Positions 37,290-46,073 of a DNA stretch of 64,000 nt are shown here, one piece after another (positions within the stretch are counted from its first letter, which is position 1; every line of letters begins with the position of its first letter). The notes below the pieces were generated by a model, which saw only the letters and a list, made by a program, of their open reading frames with translations, made no database searches and was not told the origin of the DNA. Where the stretch lies: positions 1,632,001 through 1,696,000 of the forward strand of contig OZ244960.1 in NCBI GenBank assembly GCA_965222605.1. Reading direction: 5' to 3'. Position numbers and translations under genes: made by a program. The DNA is from Candidatus Latescibacterota bacterium (lineage in GTDB: Bacteria; Latescibacterota; UBA2968).

Positions 37290-38072
37290 TCACCCGGCGT
37301 GTACACGCGGCATAATCAGGCGGCGGTTGCGCGCCAGAGGCAAACCGGCAAAAGCGCAGCGGTTATTCCACTGATCTACAGCCGCGGCACTTTTGTATTC
37401 ATTGATAATGGCGTGGCGGCCCCTCTGAGTGTAGTTGTGCCCAGCCCGGTGTACGGCCAATACGTGAATAATCGCCACATCGCCGGGTTGCGCGCTCAAA
37501 ACGACCGGACGTTCGGGAGCAATCAATTCATCTGCAATTGAGTGACCCTTGTAAGTGGGAAACTCACCCTCTCGATGGGAACCGGGCACGACCTCAGTGG
37601 CCCCGGCTTCAAAATCAGTGGGATCGAGGTACGTAATAGCCGCGGCCAAATCTGGAATCGTGTGACGCTCGTACGGCCAATCCTGATGCCAGCTCTGCTC
37701 GCAGAAAAATCCAGGCGGTTTATTGCGGATCTTCCCATTGTGAAAATCGAGATCAGGCCCCAAAAGATCGACCATAACCGAGACAATGCGCGGCTCGGTA
37801 AACTGATCAAACCAATAATCATCAGCCAGCGTCTGATCCATCATACCCACCACATTCTTCGGATTAAAAGGATCGGGCTGATACCCCTCGGGCACCTCCA
37901 TAAAACTGTAGCGCATATTTTGGGGGCGTCCTTCAGTGCGAGTGACCAGATCGTGGAAACGGCGGCGCATCTCCTCCATTTCCCGGGAACTGTAAAAACT
38001 CTCCAAAAGAAGGAACCCATCGTCGTCAAACGCGCGCTTCTGCTCTGGTGTCAAAATTAAAAGGTCGGACAT
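37290..38072 (-). CDS. Phytanoyl-CoA dioxygenase (PhyH) family protein
   Basis: F..DGFL, WHQDW (HxD), VVPGSH, PGD....H...HRAG.N. Confidence 0.92.
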   Translation of the reverse strand: MSDLLILTPEQKRAFDDDGFLLLESFYSSREMEEMRRRFHDLVTRTEGRPQNMRYSFMEVPEGYQPDPFNPKNVVGMMDQTLADDYWFDQFTEPRIVSVMVDLLGPDLDFHNGKIRNKPPGFFCEQSWHQDWPYERHTIPDLAAAITYLDPTDFEAGATEVVPGSHREGEFPTYKGHSIADELIAPERPVVLSAQPGDVAIIHVLAVHRAGHNYTQRGRHAIINEYKSAAAVDQWNNRCAFAGLPLARNRRLIMPRVHAG

Positions 38073-38125
38073 AACACAATCCTCCTACAGAATAAGCAAG
38101 GCCAACGTGATGAACAGGTGTTTTG

Positions 38126-39106
38126 TCAATGGGGATGGGATATTTCCTGGAAAACAGGCAGCAAATAGGCGATAGCAACACTCACGATCAGACCAAAAGT
38201 GATCTTTGCAAAGTCGGAAAGCACCAGACGCGACACCTCCCGGTGGCTGCGATGCTTCTCATTCCAAACAATGGCAATCTCGCGTCCAGCCAACAGCCCG
38301 ACAAAAACCCAGGTCGTGCTCATCGGGAGGTGGCTGACCTCCTTGAACAGGAACAATACAATGCCGTAGATCAAATCTACGAATGTCGCCGAACGGATAT
38401 CCGTGGTATTCGTCTTCGTCAACACCACCTTCTGGATCGCACCGCCATGCGTGTAAAAGATAATGGCTTGCATAGCCAGCATGGCGACGATGGATGCAAT
38501 GAACCATCCCACGGCCAGTTCTGGTATGCGAGTGACCGGGTCGCGCGGCAGAAAAACATAGATATTGGCCAGATCCTGTATCAGCCACTGGCTCCAGAGA
38601 AAACCGGTTGAGCACCACTGCGCTACCACCCACCAGGGGTTTGTCGGTCCATCCGTTTGCCTGAAGCGGGACTCGATCCCCCGCGTAACCAGCCTGTAAA
38701 TGAAGATGGCGGCCACAAAGGCGGTCGCATACCCCGCCAACGACTTGATTAGCATGCTCGGCAGTGCTTTAGGTGCAAACACCGTCAGAGTCAGAAAGGT
38801 GGTGCTAACCGGGATACCCCCGCGTGTCAGCAAGAGCAAGACAAAAGCCGGGACGCAGTAAACCCAGTTAAAGTGGTCTGGAACTGGAATCGCTTGCAGT
38901 CTGCTATAAGAGACATCGCTATCATAGACCACCCATCCATACATGAGGACCACTGTCAGGATGCCGCCAGCAAAGAGCCATAGCACCCACCAGGGACGGT
39001 GAGAGTTGGAACTGAGAAACGTCCCCAGCGTCTGAATTGCGTCGTTGCCGACAATGGAATACGCGCCGAGCAAGAACCCGACGACCATTAAAACTTCCTG
39101 ACTCAT
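38126..39106 (-). CDS. PiT/PHO4-related membrane transporter
   Basis: Multiple TM helices; GNDAIQTLGT, IPVSTTF, QDLANI, PMSTTW repeat motifs. Confidence 0.65.
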   Translation of the reverse strand: MSQEVLMVVGFLLGAYSIVGNDAIQTLGTFLSSNSHRPWWVLWLFAGGILTVVLMYGWVVYDSDVSYSRLQAIPVPDHFNWVYCVPAFVLLLLTRGGIPVSTTFLTLTVFAPKALPSMLIKSLAGYATAFVAAIFIYRLVTRGIESRFRQTDGPTNPWWVVAQWCSTGFLWSQWLIQDLANIYVFLPRDPVTRIPELAVGWFIASIVAMLAMQAIIFYTHGGAIQKVVLTKTNTTDIRSATFVDLIYGIVLFLFKEVSHLPMSTTWVFVGLLAGREIAIVWNEKHRSHREVSRLVLSDFAKITFGLIVSVAIAYLLPVFQEISHPH

Positions 39107-39192
39107 AGTGAACCCTTCCTGTAAGGTCGTGTCAAATGTCCATTACCCGAGTCATGGCAGACATTCAACAAACGGTTGCGATGATAACGATA

Positions 39193-40662
39193 TCACGCAA
39201 TCGAAAGATCAAATATAGCATGCGACTGATCGGGTGCAGCAGTAAATATGACGTTCGCCGTGGTCTCTATGATCTCAACGGCTCGCTGCGCGATATCCGT
39301 CTCGATCCCAATCTCCATTCCATCCAGACGCCATACACCCCCTTCGAACACAGCCGCATCGGCTCCAGGCGAAAAAATCTCGAACGCAAACTCTCGCGGG
39401 TGTGCGGCCTCTGTCTGCTGTTCATCTCTGATCTCAGCCTCAATCGACAGACGGCCCTTTTCCGCCTTCGCCGCAATCTGTCCAATATGCCGCAACGCGA
39501 GCCAGCCGGTCTCTCCATCTGACCTGCGCCAGTGGATCGTCGCCGGATGGTACTGGAAGCTGCGACCAGAATAGCCACCCGAATCTTCTGCCCCGATCAT
39601 GTAATGCTCATCCAACCACGCAGTTGCAACGCGCTCAGCCGTGATCTGTTTCTCGACACTTCGTGGACCTTCAAACGTCGAGAAGGCAACAGCGATCTCT
39701 GGCGGAGCATCAACCCCGAGAATCGCAAGACACGGTCCATAGTTGAACTCGGAATTGATCTCCTCTCCACTCGGAAACGGGGTCACCTCACGGCCAAACG
39801 CGAGCCAGATATGCAAACTCGTAAGCGCGGTATAGTGCTTCATATCCATCCCATAGCTGCGCGAAAAAGGCCCGCACAGATTGCCCAACCCCGCGTGGTA
39901 ATAGCGCGCAATATCCCGCCAGAGTTCTGCCTCCATGTACGCGCCCAGTTCGTGGAGCGAACTATTCTCCAGGTAGCGTCGCCAGAAGCCAAGTGCGTAA
40001 AGGTTGACGCCGTAGTACGTCGGTGAGTTGTACTCGGCGAAGGCATTGTTCTGTGCGAACAAACGATGGACCTCACCGCCAAACTCTTCACCGTATAAAA
40101 CCATCTCATCGTTTCCGATTCGCTTCCCAACCCACACGGCCATCGCAGCCTTCATCAAAGCGATATTCGAATACGTCGGCGGACAGCGATCCGGCGGCTC
40201 GCCCACCACAGCCATCTCCAAAGACCGGATCATTCGATCGATCAGTCGCTGGGGCAACCGATCCCCGTACTCCTCGAGCGCAGTCGCAAACCCAAGCCCG
40301 ATAAACTGTCGCCAGTTCGGATCGTAAGCTCGCCACATCACGGCATCACCCTCTGACGGATGCGGCTCGCCCACATACCGATAGAAAGTACCGTGGTATG
40401 GCGTCCCTGGCTCGTCGAACTGATTGTCGATAATCGCGTCAATTGTGCGACACGCTTGCTCAACATCGTCACCCCGATTGCGAAGAAGAAGCCCCACCGC
40501 AAACCAGACCGAATTTCGAACCATTAGCACTGCATCATTCTGGCGGTGAGACCACAACAACGCGCTCTCGGGATCCCAGAATCCCTCTGACCATTCGAGC
40601 GACTCCGTTGCGAGATGCCTTGCATGAGGCGACAGATCGTATAAAGAAATTCCTTCAGACAT
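39193..40662 (-). CDS. Conserved hypothetical protein (possible alpha/alpha-toroid lyase-like)
   Basis: 489-aa ORF with DPNWRQF, YSNIALM, EYNSPTYYG, GPFSRSYG motifs. Confidence 0.65.
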   Translation of the reverse strand: MSEGISLYDLSPHARHLATESLEWSEGFWDPESALLWSHRQNDAVLMVRNSVWFAVGLLLRNRGDDVEQACRTIDAIIDNQFDEPGTPYHGTFYRYVGEPHPSEGDAVMWRAYDPNWRQFIGLGFATALEEYGDRLPQRLIDRMIRSLEMAVVGEPPDRCPPTYSNIALMKAAMAVWVGKRIGNDEMVLYGEEFGGEVHRLFAQNNAFAEYNSPTYYGVNLYALGFWRRYLENSSLHELGAYMEAELWRDIARYYHAGLGNLCGPFSRSYGMDMKHYTALTSLHIWLAFGREVTPFPSGEEINSEFNYGPCLAILGVDAPPEIAVAFSTFEGPRSVEKQITAERVATAWLDEHYMIGAEDSGGYSGRSFQYHPATIHWRRSDGETGWLALRHIGQIAAKAEKGRLSIEAEIRDEQQTEAAHPREFAFEIFSPGADAAVFEGGVWRLDGMEIGIETDIAQRAVEIIETTANVIFTAAPDQSHAIFDLSIA

Positions 40663-40749
40663 CGCGTGTTCCCGGGTTCAAATTTGAGTGCTTCATAATA
40701 TACACTTTCATTGCAAATCCTTTACCGAAAAATTTCCGTTAAAAATGGG

Positions 40750-41454
40750 CTACGACCGCGCCTTGTATTGCCGCAACGCTTCGGCAATGCGTATGAAGCG
40801 CGTATCTTCGGGAAACTGCTCGAGCCACTCCATCAATGTCTTGTTATCCTCTGTAAACTTCGCATCGGGATCGGCGCCGCCCTCCAAAAGCAACTCTACC
40901 GTATCGAGGTGCCCGTGCCCACCCGCGCAATACAAAACCGTATGCCCGCGATCATTTGTGACATTGATATCTGCGCCATGCGCGATCAACAGATGCACGA
41001 TTTCCGTATCGCCATTGCGTGCTGCGTGATGAATAGGCTGATCGCCGCGCCCATCTGTCGCCGTCGCCAGATGGGGATGCCTGTTGAGCAATGCTTGCAC
41101 CCGTGCTACATCCGCGAGAAAAACAGCCCCCAGAAACTGCCGCGACAAATCATCAGCCGGACGAACATGGGGATCCAGAGCACCGTATTGAATAAGCAGC
41201 GAAACAATATTTTTATTATTTGGAACCTCGCCAGCATAGTGCAACACATAGCCATCATGAGCCGCCAGATCGGCACCCGCCTCAATAAGCAGTCGCACAA
41301 CATCCTCACGTCGCCAAAGTCCCGCATGAAAAATTGGCCGCCATCCGTATTCATCATCTGCGTCAACCACAGCGGGATCGGCTGCAATCATTTCGCGCAC
41401 AGCCCCGATATCCCCCCGTCTGCATGCCTCGTGAATTGTCGATATATCACTCAT
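40750..41454 (-). CDS. Ankyrin-repeat protein
   Basis: G..PIHHAARNG..EIV.LLI..GADIN and G.T.L..A...GH...V.LLL..GAD repeats. Confidence 0.92.
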   Translation of the reverse strand: MSDISTIHEACRRGDIGAVREMIAADPAVVDADDEYGWRPIFHAGLWRREDVVRLLIEAGADLAAHDGYVLHYAGEVPNNKNIVSLLIQYGALDPHVRPADDLSRQFLGAVFLADVARVQALLNRHPHLATATDGRGDQPIHHAARNGDTEIVHLLIAHGADINVTNDRGHTVLYCAGGHGHLDTVELLLEGGADPDAKFTEDNKTLMEWLEQFPEDTRFIRIAEALRQYKARS

Positions 41455-41457
41455 CGT

Positions 41458-41610
41458 TTACCTTTCTCGTCTTCTCAAAAATGCCTCGAATTCATTCATA
41501 TTGGTCACCCCTTCTTCTAAAACAGCCCGATAAATATCTTGACTTGTAAAGGACCGGCGATAGGCAGGATCTTGCCAGCATCGCGACTTAATCCTGAGGA
41601 TACTCAGACG
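41458..41610 (-). pseudogene. Startless 3' gene remnant (50 codons)
   Basis: Stop-free frame RLSILRIKSRCWQDPAYRRSFTSQDIYRAVLEEGV...RRRER* fills the gap between two genes. Confidence 0.55.
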
Positions 41611-42219
41611 TTAAAATCGGCGGCGAGCAATAACAGAATGAAAACAAATACCATCTCGGGGTTCTAATCTGCGATAGTATTCCAACCTGAATGACTTCTG
41701 CAGCACTTTCAGAAGTGTCTCTGTCCTTCTCAAAGAGAAAAACCGCTTTGGTTCGTACGTATCTCGCTCCAAAATGCCCTCGAAATCATCGCCACCCCAC
41801 ACGCCAACATACATCAACCCATCCTCCACGAGCCGCGCTGCAATCAAATCGAAAATCTCATCTATATCTGCCTGCGGAATATGGAGCAGGCAATTCATGG
41901 AATAAACCGCATCAAAAGTCTCGCTCATCTGATCGAGATTATAGCAATCCAAAACGCGAGCGGAAATACCCTTTTCTCTCGTCAGCTTTACCATCGCAGG
42001 CGCATTGTCAACTGCAAAAACCTGGAAACCCTGCTCTTGAAAAAACCGTGCATCATGGCCGGGTCCACATCCCAGTTCCAGAATCGAACTTCGCTGTTCG
42101 TTTCTCAAGCACTTCAAAAACGCGCTTCTCTCTCGCGCCTTAAACTCATCTGGAGAACTATGCTCCCTCTCCAGAGCATGCTTTTCATACGAGGCAATCA
42201 GGCTATTGGTGAACTTCAT
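41611..42219 (-). CDS. Class I SAM-dependent methyltransferase
   Basis: ILELGCGPG.D, AVD...MV, FDAVYSMNCLLH. Confidence 0.92.
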   Translation of the reverse strand: MKFTNSLIASYEKHALEREHSSPDEFKARERSAFLKCLRNEQRSSILELGCGPGHDARFFQEQGFQVFAVDNAPAMVKLTREKGISARVLDCYNLDQMSETFDAVYSMNCLLHIPQADIDEIFDLIAARLVEDGLMYVGVWGGDDFEGILERDTYEPKRFFSLRRTETLLKVLQKSFRLEYYRRLEPRDGICFHSVIARRRF

Positions 42220-42375
42220 GAAAGCCTCCTCAAAATGGATTGGCAGATAGGAAATAAGAGCATTGATTCTTGATTTTCAGTCACAGCCTTCTTATTATGC
42301 CTTGCAACTTCCACAAAACCAAAGACATTTTTTATGTATGCATCAGATCTTTCTGGAGATGAGGCAAAGGACTTT

Positions 42376-43740
42376 ATGACAACAGATCAAATCAGAGCGC
42401 GTCTTGAAAGCGACAAAATAAAAAAAATTAAACTCGCCGGCTTCGATATCGATGGCGTTATGCGCGGCAAATACATATCGCTCGACAAGTTCTTTTCTGC
42501 CATCGAAAAGGGCCTGGGCTTCTGTGATGTAACATTTGGCTGGGACATAAGCGATCAACTCTACGAACAACCGACCGTCACAGGCTGGCACACCGGATAC
42601 CCAGATCTCCTCGCCAAAATTGACCTGAATACATATCGCGTAATACCCTGGGAGCCGAATACCGCGTTATTTTTACTCGACTTTTACGAAAACAAAAATC
42701 AGCCACTTGCGGTATCCCCGCGCCAACTGCTCCAAACAGTCGTTCGCAAAGCGAATGACATGGAATTTCAGCCATTCATGTCAGCAGAATACGAATACTT
42801 CATCTTTCGGGAAACGCCCCACTCCCTTGAGGACAAAGGATTTGAAAATATGACGCCACTCTCGCCCGGCTGGTTTGGCTACAGTGTGTTGCGGGCATCT
42901 GCGGCTTCAGAATTTGTTCACGCAATAATCGATGGAATGGAAGCGTATGACGTTGAACTGGAAGGGATACACACCGAAACCGGACCCGGCGTATATGAAA
43001 CCGCGATTCGTTACGACACGGCATGCAACGCCGCAGACAAAGCCGCGCTATTCAAAACGGGTGTGAAAGAGATACTCTCCAGACACGGACTCGTGGCAAC
43101 CTTTATGGCGAGGTGGAGTCCAGACTACCCCGGCTGCAGCGGACACCTGCACCAGAGCTTGTGGAATTTAGAGGGAGATACAAATCTATTTGCCGATGAA
43201 TCAGATCCACTGGGTATGTCTCAAATAATGAAACACTATATCGCGGGACAAATCGCTACAATGCCCCACATGATGGCACTGATATGCCCGACCATCAACT
43301 CCTACAAGCGGACAGTCCCCGGAGCCTGGGCGCCAACCAACGCCTCCTGGGGCATTGAAAATCGAACCGCATCTCTCCGCGCGATTCCCAGTACATCCCC
43401 TGAATCCACACGCACCGAATATCGACTGGCCGGCGCCGACGCCAATCCCCATATCTCGATGGCGGCCAGCCTTGCCGCTGGGCTATACGGCATAGAGCAC
43501 CAACTCGACCCCGGTGAACCATTCACGGGAAATGCCTACGAAGCCCCCGAAGGGCGATTTGAGCCTTTGCCAAAATCACTTGAAGAAGCGACAGACCGGT
43601 TAAAAAATAGCGAAATTAGCCGTGCCTGCCTCGGCGATGCATTTGTAGATCACTTCGCAATCACACGCGAACACGAAATTGCGGAATATCGCCGTGCCAT
43701 AACGGATTGGGAACTCAAACGATACTTTGAGATCATCTAA
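42376..43740 (+). CDS. Glutamine synthetase-like gamma-glutamyl ligase
   Basis: D.DG.MRGK, EYEY, HTETGPG.YE, GCSGHLHQSL, NSYKR, WG.ENR, EYRLAGADANP. Confidence 0.92.
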   Translation: MTTDQIRARLESDKIKKIKLAGFDIDGVMRGKYISLDKFFSAIEKGLGFCDVTFGWDISDQLYEQPTVTGWHTGYPDLLAKIDLNTYRVIPWEPNTALFLLDFYENKNQPLAVSPRQLLQTVVRKANDMEFQPFMSAEYEYFIFRETPHSLEDKGFENMTPLSPGWFGYSVLRASAASEFVHAIIDGMEAYDVELEGIHTETGPGVYETAIRYDTACNAADKAALFKTGVKEILSRHGLVATFMARWSPDYPGCSGHLHQSLWNLEGDTNLFADESDPLGMSQIMKHYIAGQIATMPHMMALICPTINSYKRTVPGAWAPTNASWGIENRTASLRAIPSTSPESTRTEYRLAGADANPHISMAASLAAGLYGIEHQLDPGEPFTGNAYEAPEGRFEPLPKSLEEATDRLKNSEISRACLGDAFVDHFAITREHEIAEYRRAITDWELKRYFEII

Positions 43741-45254
43741 TTCCTAATTCCCCTACCAAACACCTCTACAATATAATGTCCCACCCGCAAGGCATTTGCC
43801 GCAATCGTCAAACTCGGATTGACGCCGCCAGATGTGGGAAACACGCTCCCATCCGTCACAAACAAATTGCCAATCCCGCGAAACTGGCAATTTTCGTCCA
43901 GCACACTCGTCTCTTCATCATCGCCCATACGCACTGACCCCACGCCATGAGAAAAGGTGTCAATGCGATACGTATGAAAAAAAACCGCGCCCGACGCGCG
44001 TAAAATCCCCTTGGCCTTTTCCACCAGATAATTGCGGCGTTCGCAATCCCGCGCTGTGTACTGATGCACGACCTGTGCGCGGCTAATTCCATAAACATCC
44101 TTCTCATCTGCCAGCGCGACGCGATTTTCAAACTGTGGCTCATCCTCGGCAACGCACAACAGATTTTGCAAAAAGCCAGCAGCCATTGCCGTGAGATTTT
44201 TAAGTCCAAAAGGCGCGTGGTACTTCAGCGCTATGGGCGGCGGTGTGTAAATATCCTGAATCACCCCAACAGCGCGACCATCCTGCCCTCGACAATCCTC
44301 GTAAAAATCCGAAAAACACACTTGCTTGTGAAACACCCGCTCCGGATTCGTGCGAAACGGAAACACGCCCGCCACAACGGCATTGCAATGGCGCATCAGA
44401 AAACGCCCAATCAAATCGCCCTGCGGAAACGAATGCAACTCTGACCGCAACAAAATAGCCGGACTTTGCAATGCCCCCGCAGCGACAACAGCAACAGATG
44501 CGGGCACTTCAAACGCCCTTTTTGTTCGCCGATCCACACACGCCACAGCGCGCACGCGCCCCTTTTCACAAATAACACGCGCGACCTGCACGCCCGTCAA
44601 AATCTCAGCCCCTGCATCTTGTGCCAATTTGAGCAACGTCATAGTCAGATCATTTTTAGCCTCAATTTGACACGGAAAACCATCGCAGGTCAAACATCGG
44701 ATACACACGGTTCGCGCCCGATCCGAAAAATTGATCGCCAATGGCATGCGAAAAGGCCGATACCCCAGCGCACATCCAGCATCCCAAATGCGCTGTGCAG
44801 GGCGGGTGAGTTCAATAGGCGGATACAAATAGTCCCCTGTGCGCGGCGGCTCGCACGGATCGACATCCGCCTCTCCATGCACTTCCAACAAGCGCTCGAC
44901 ACAATCGTAATGCGGAGCCAGATCCCCATACAAAATTGGCCACGCGACCAAATCTTCTTCGCGCAGCCTCAGCGATGCCCCACCGTAAAACACGGACATC
45001 CCACCAACCACTTCATTCTCGACCACATCTGAAAAATCGCGGTCCTCATATTGCCTGACGCGAAGCGGTGATGGCCCCTGATAGCGTTTCTCAACCAGCA
45101 CAGAACGGGGATCCCAATCCTCTGCATCGCGTCTTGCCCAATCGCCCCGTTCCAACAGTAAAACCTTCATGCCAGCCGCAGCCAACACATAAGCGCAGGC
45201 ACTACCTCCAAATCCCGTACCGATAATAACGGCGTCGTAATCGTTAAAATTCAT
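43737..45254 (-). CDS. GMC-family flavin oxidoreductase
   Basis: IIGTGFGG, VGGMS.FYG, C..C..C..F.C, SP.ILLRS, H.VGSVRMG, D.SVFPT.GG.NP.LTI.ANA. Confidence 0.92.
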   Translation of the reverse strand: MNFNDYDAVIIGTGFGGSACAYVLAAAGMKVLLLERGDWARRDAEDWDPRSVLVEKRYQGPSPLRVRQYEDRDFSDVVENEVVGGMSVFYGGASLRLREEDLVAWPILYGDLAPHYDCVERLLEVHGEADVDPCEPPRTGDYLYPPIELTRPAQRIWDAGCALGYRPFRMPLAINFSDRARTVCIRCLTCDGFPCQIEAKNDLTMTLLKLAQDAGAEILTGVQVARVICEKGRVRAVACVDRRTKRAFEVPASVAVVAAGALQSPAILLRSELHSFPQGDLIGRFLMRHCNAVVAGVFPFRTNPERVFHKQVCFSDFYEDCRGQDGRAVGVIQDIYTPPPIALKYHAPFGLKNLTAMAAGFLQNLLCVAEDEPQFENRVALADEKDVYGISRAQVVHQYTARDCERRNYLVEKAKGILRASGAVFFHTYRIDTFSHGVGSVRMGDDEETSVLDENCQFRGIGNLFVTDGSVFPTSGGVNPSLTIAANALRVGHYIVEVFGRGIRN

Positions 45255-46045
45255 TATACCTCAAACACAGACAATACAATTAAACCAATAATAATGACAA
45301 GTGCCCCGTAATGAAATTTTTCTCGGGTATCAATACACCGCTGAATCTGCGGCAAATCGGGGCGAAATTTACCCGACATAGTACGCTGAATATAAGTCTT
45401 GTAATACTCCACAACAAAACGCTCCAACCCACCATTCATATAAACCAGAAATCCCAACGATATGGGATACACGGGATCATTGAGAAAATAGAACAGCGGC
45501 GAACAAATCGCCAGCACCAGGCCCGACCGCTGAAACTTCAAAATTTTAAATCCCTCAAACGGCGCGTCTTTATACGCCCCGCCAAGCGACACCAGCAGGC
45601 CCGTGATATAAGCCGTCAGAAGAAATACCCAGAACATCGTCACAGGCGCGGGAATCAACAACACGGCAAAAACGCCCAGCACCAGCACAGTACCAACCGC
45701 ATAACGCAGCAAATCGCTCGCAACATACCGCCCAAAAAACGTAATGCGCGAAGGCACAAAATACTTATCCTGATCTTCCGTGCGAAAAAACCCCTTGTAG
45801 AGCTCGGCCAAGAACCGCTCCAACCCCATAATCAGAAAAAAAATCTGAACCCATCCCAATGCGAAAAAACTCGCCTCAAAAATCGGTACAAAATACAACA
45901 CCGCAAAAATCACAACATGAAAATAAATACTCCTCGGAAACGTCCTGGGCTTAAAATCCTCATAAGGCGAATCCTTGAACGCCCCCCACAAAGACGTATA
46001 AAGTCCAGATACAATACTCACGCCCAGGCCAATATAGAAATTCAT
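45254..46045 (-). CDS. Hypothetical polytopic membrane protein with a two-fold internal repeat
   Basis: GAFKDSPYEDF...FPRS...GLERFLAELYK repeated as GAYKDAPFEGF...FQRS...GLERFVVEYYK. Confidence 0.8.
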   Translation of the reverse strand: MNFYIGLGVSIVSGLYTSLWGAFKDSPYEDFKPRTFPRSIYFHVVIFAVLYFVPIFEASFFALGWVQIFFLIMGLERFLAELYKGFFRTEDQDKYFVPSRITFFGRYVASDLLRYAVGTVLVLGVFAVLLIPAPVTMFWVFLLTAYITGLLVSLGGAYKDAPFEGFKILKFQRSGLVLAICSPLFYFLNDPVYPISLGFLVYMNGGLERFVVEYYKTYIQRTMSGKFRPDLPQIQRCIDTREKFHYGALVIIIGLIVLSVFEV

Positions 46046-46073
46046 AGCTATAATTCCGATCCGAGTGATTCCT

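Noticed and set aside
39107-39192. Pho box upstream of the PiT-like gene
   Set aside because: Only one weak CTGCCAT half-site, with no convincing 11-bp periodic repeat.
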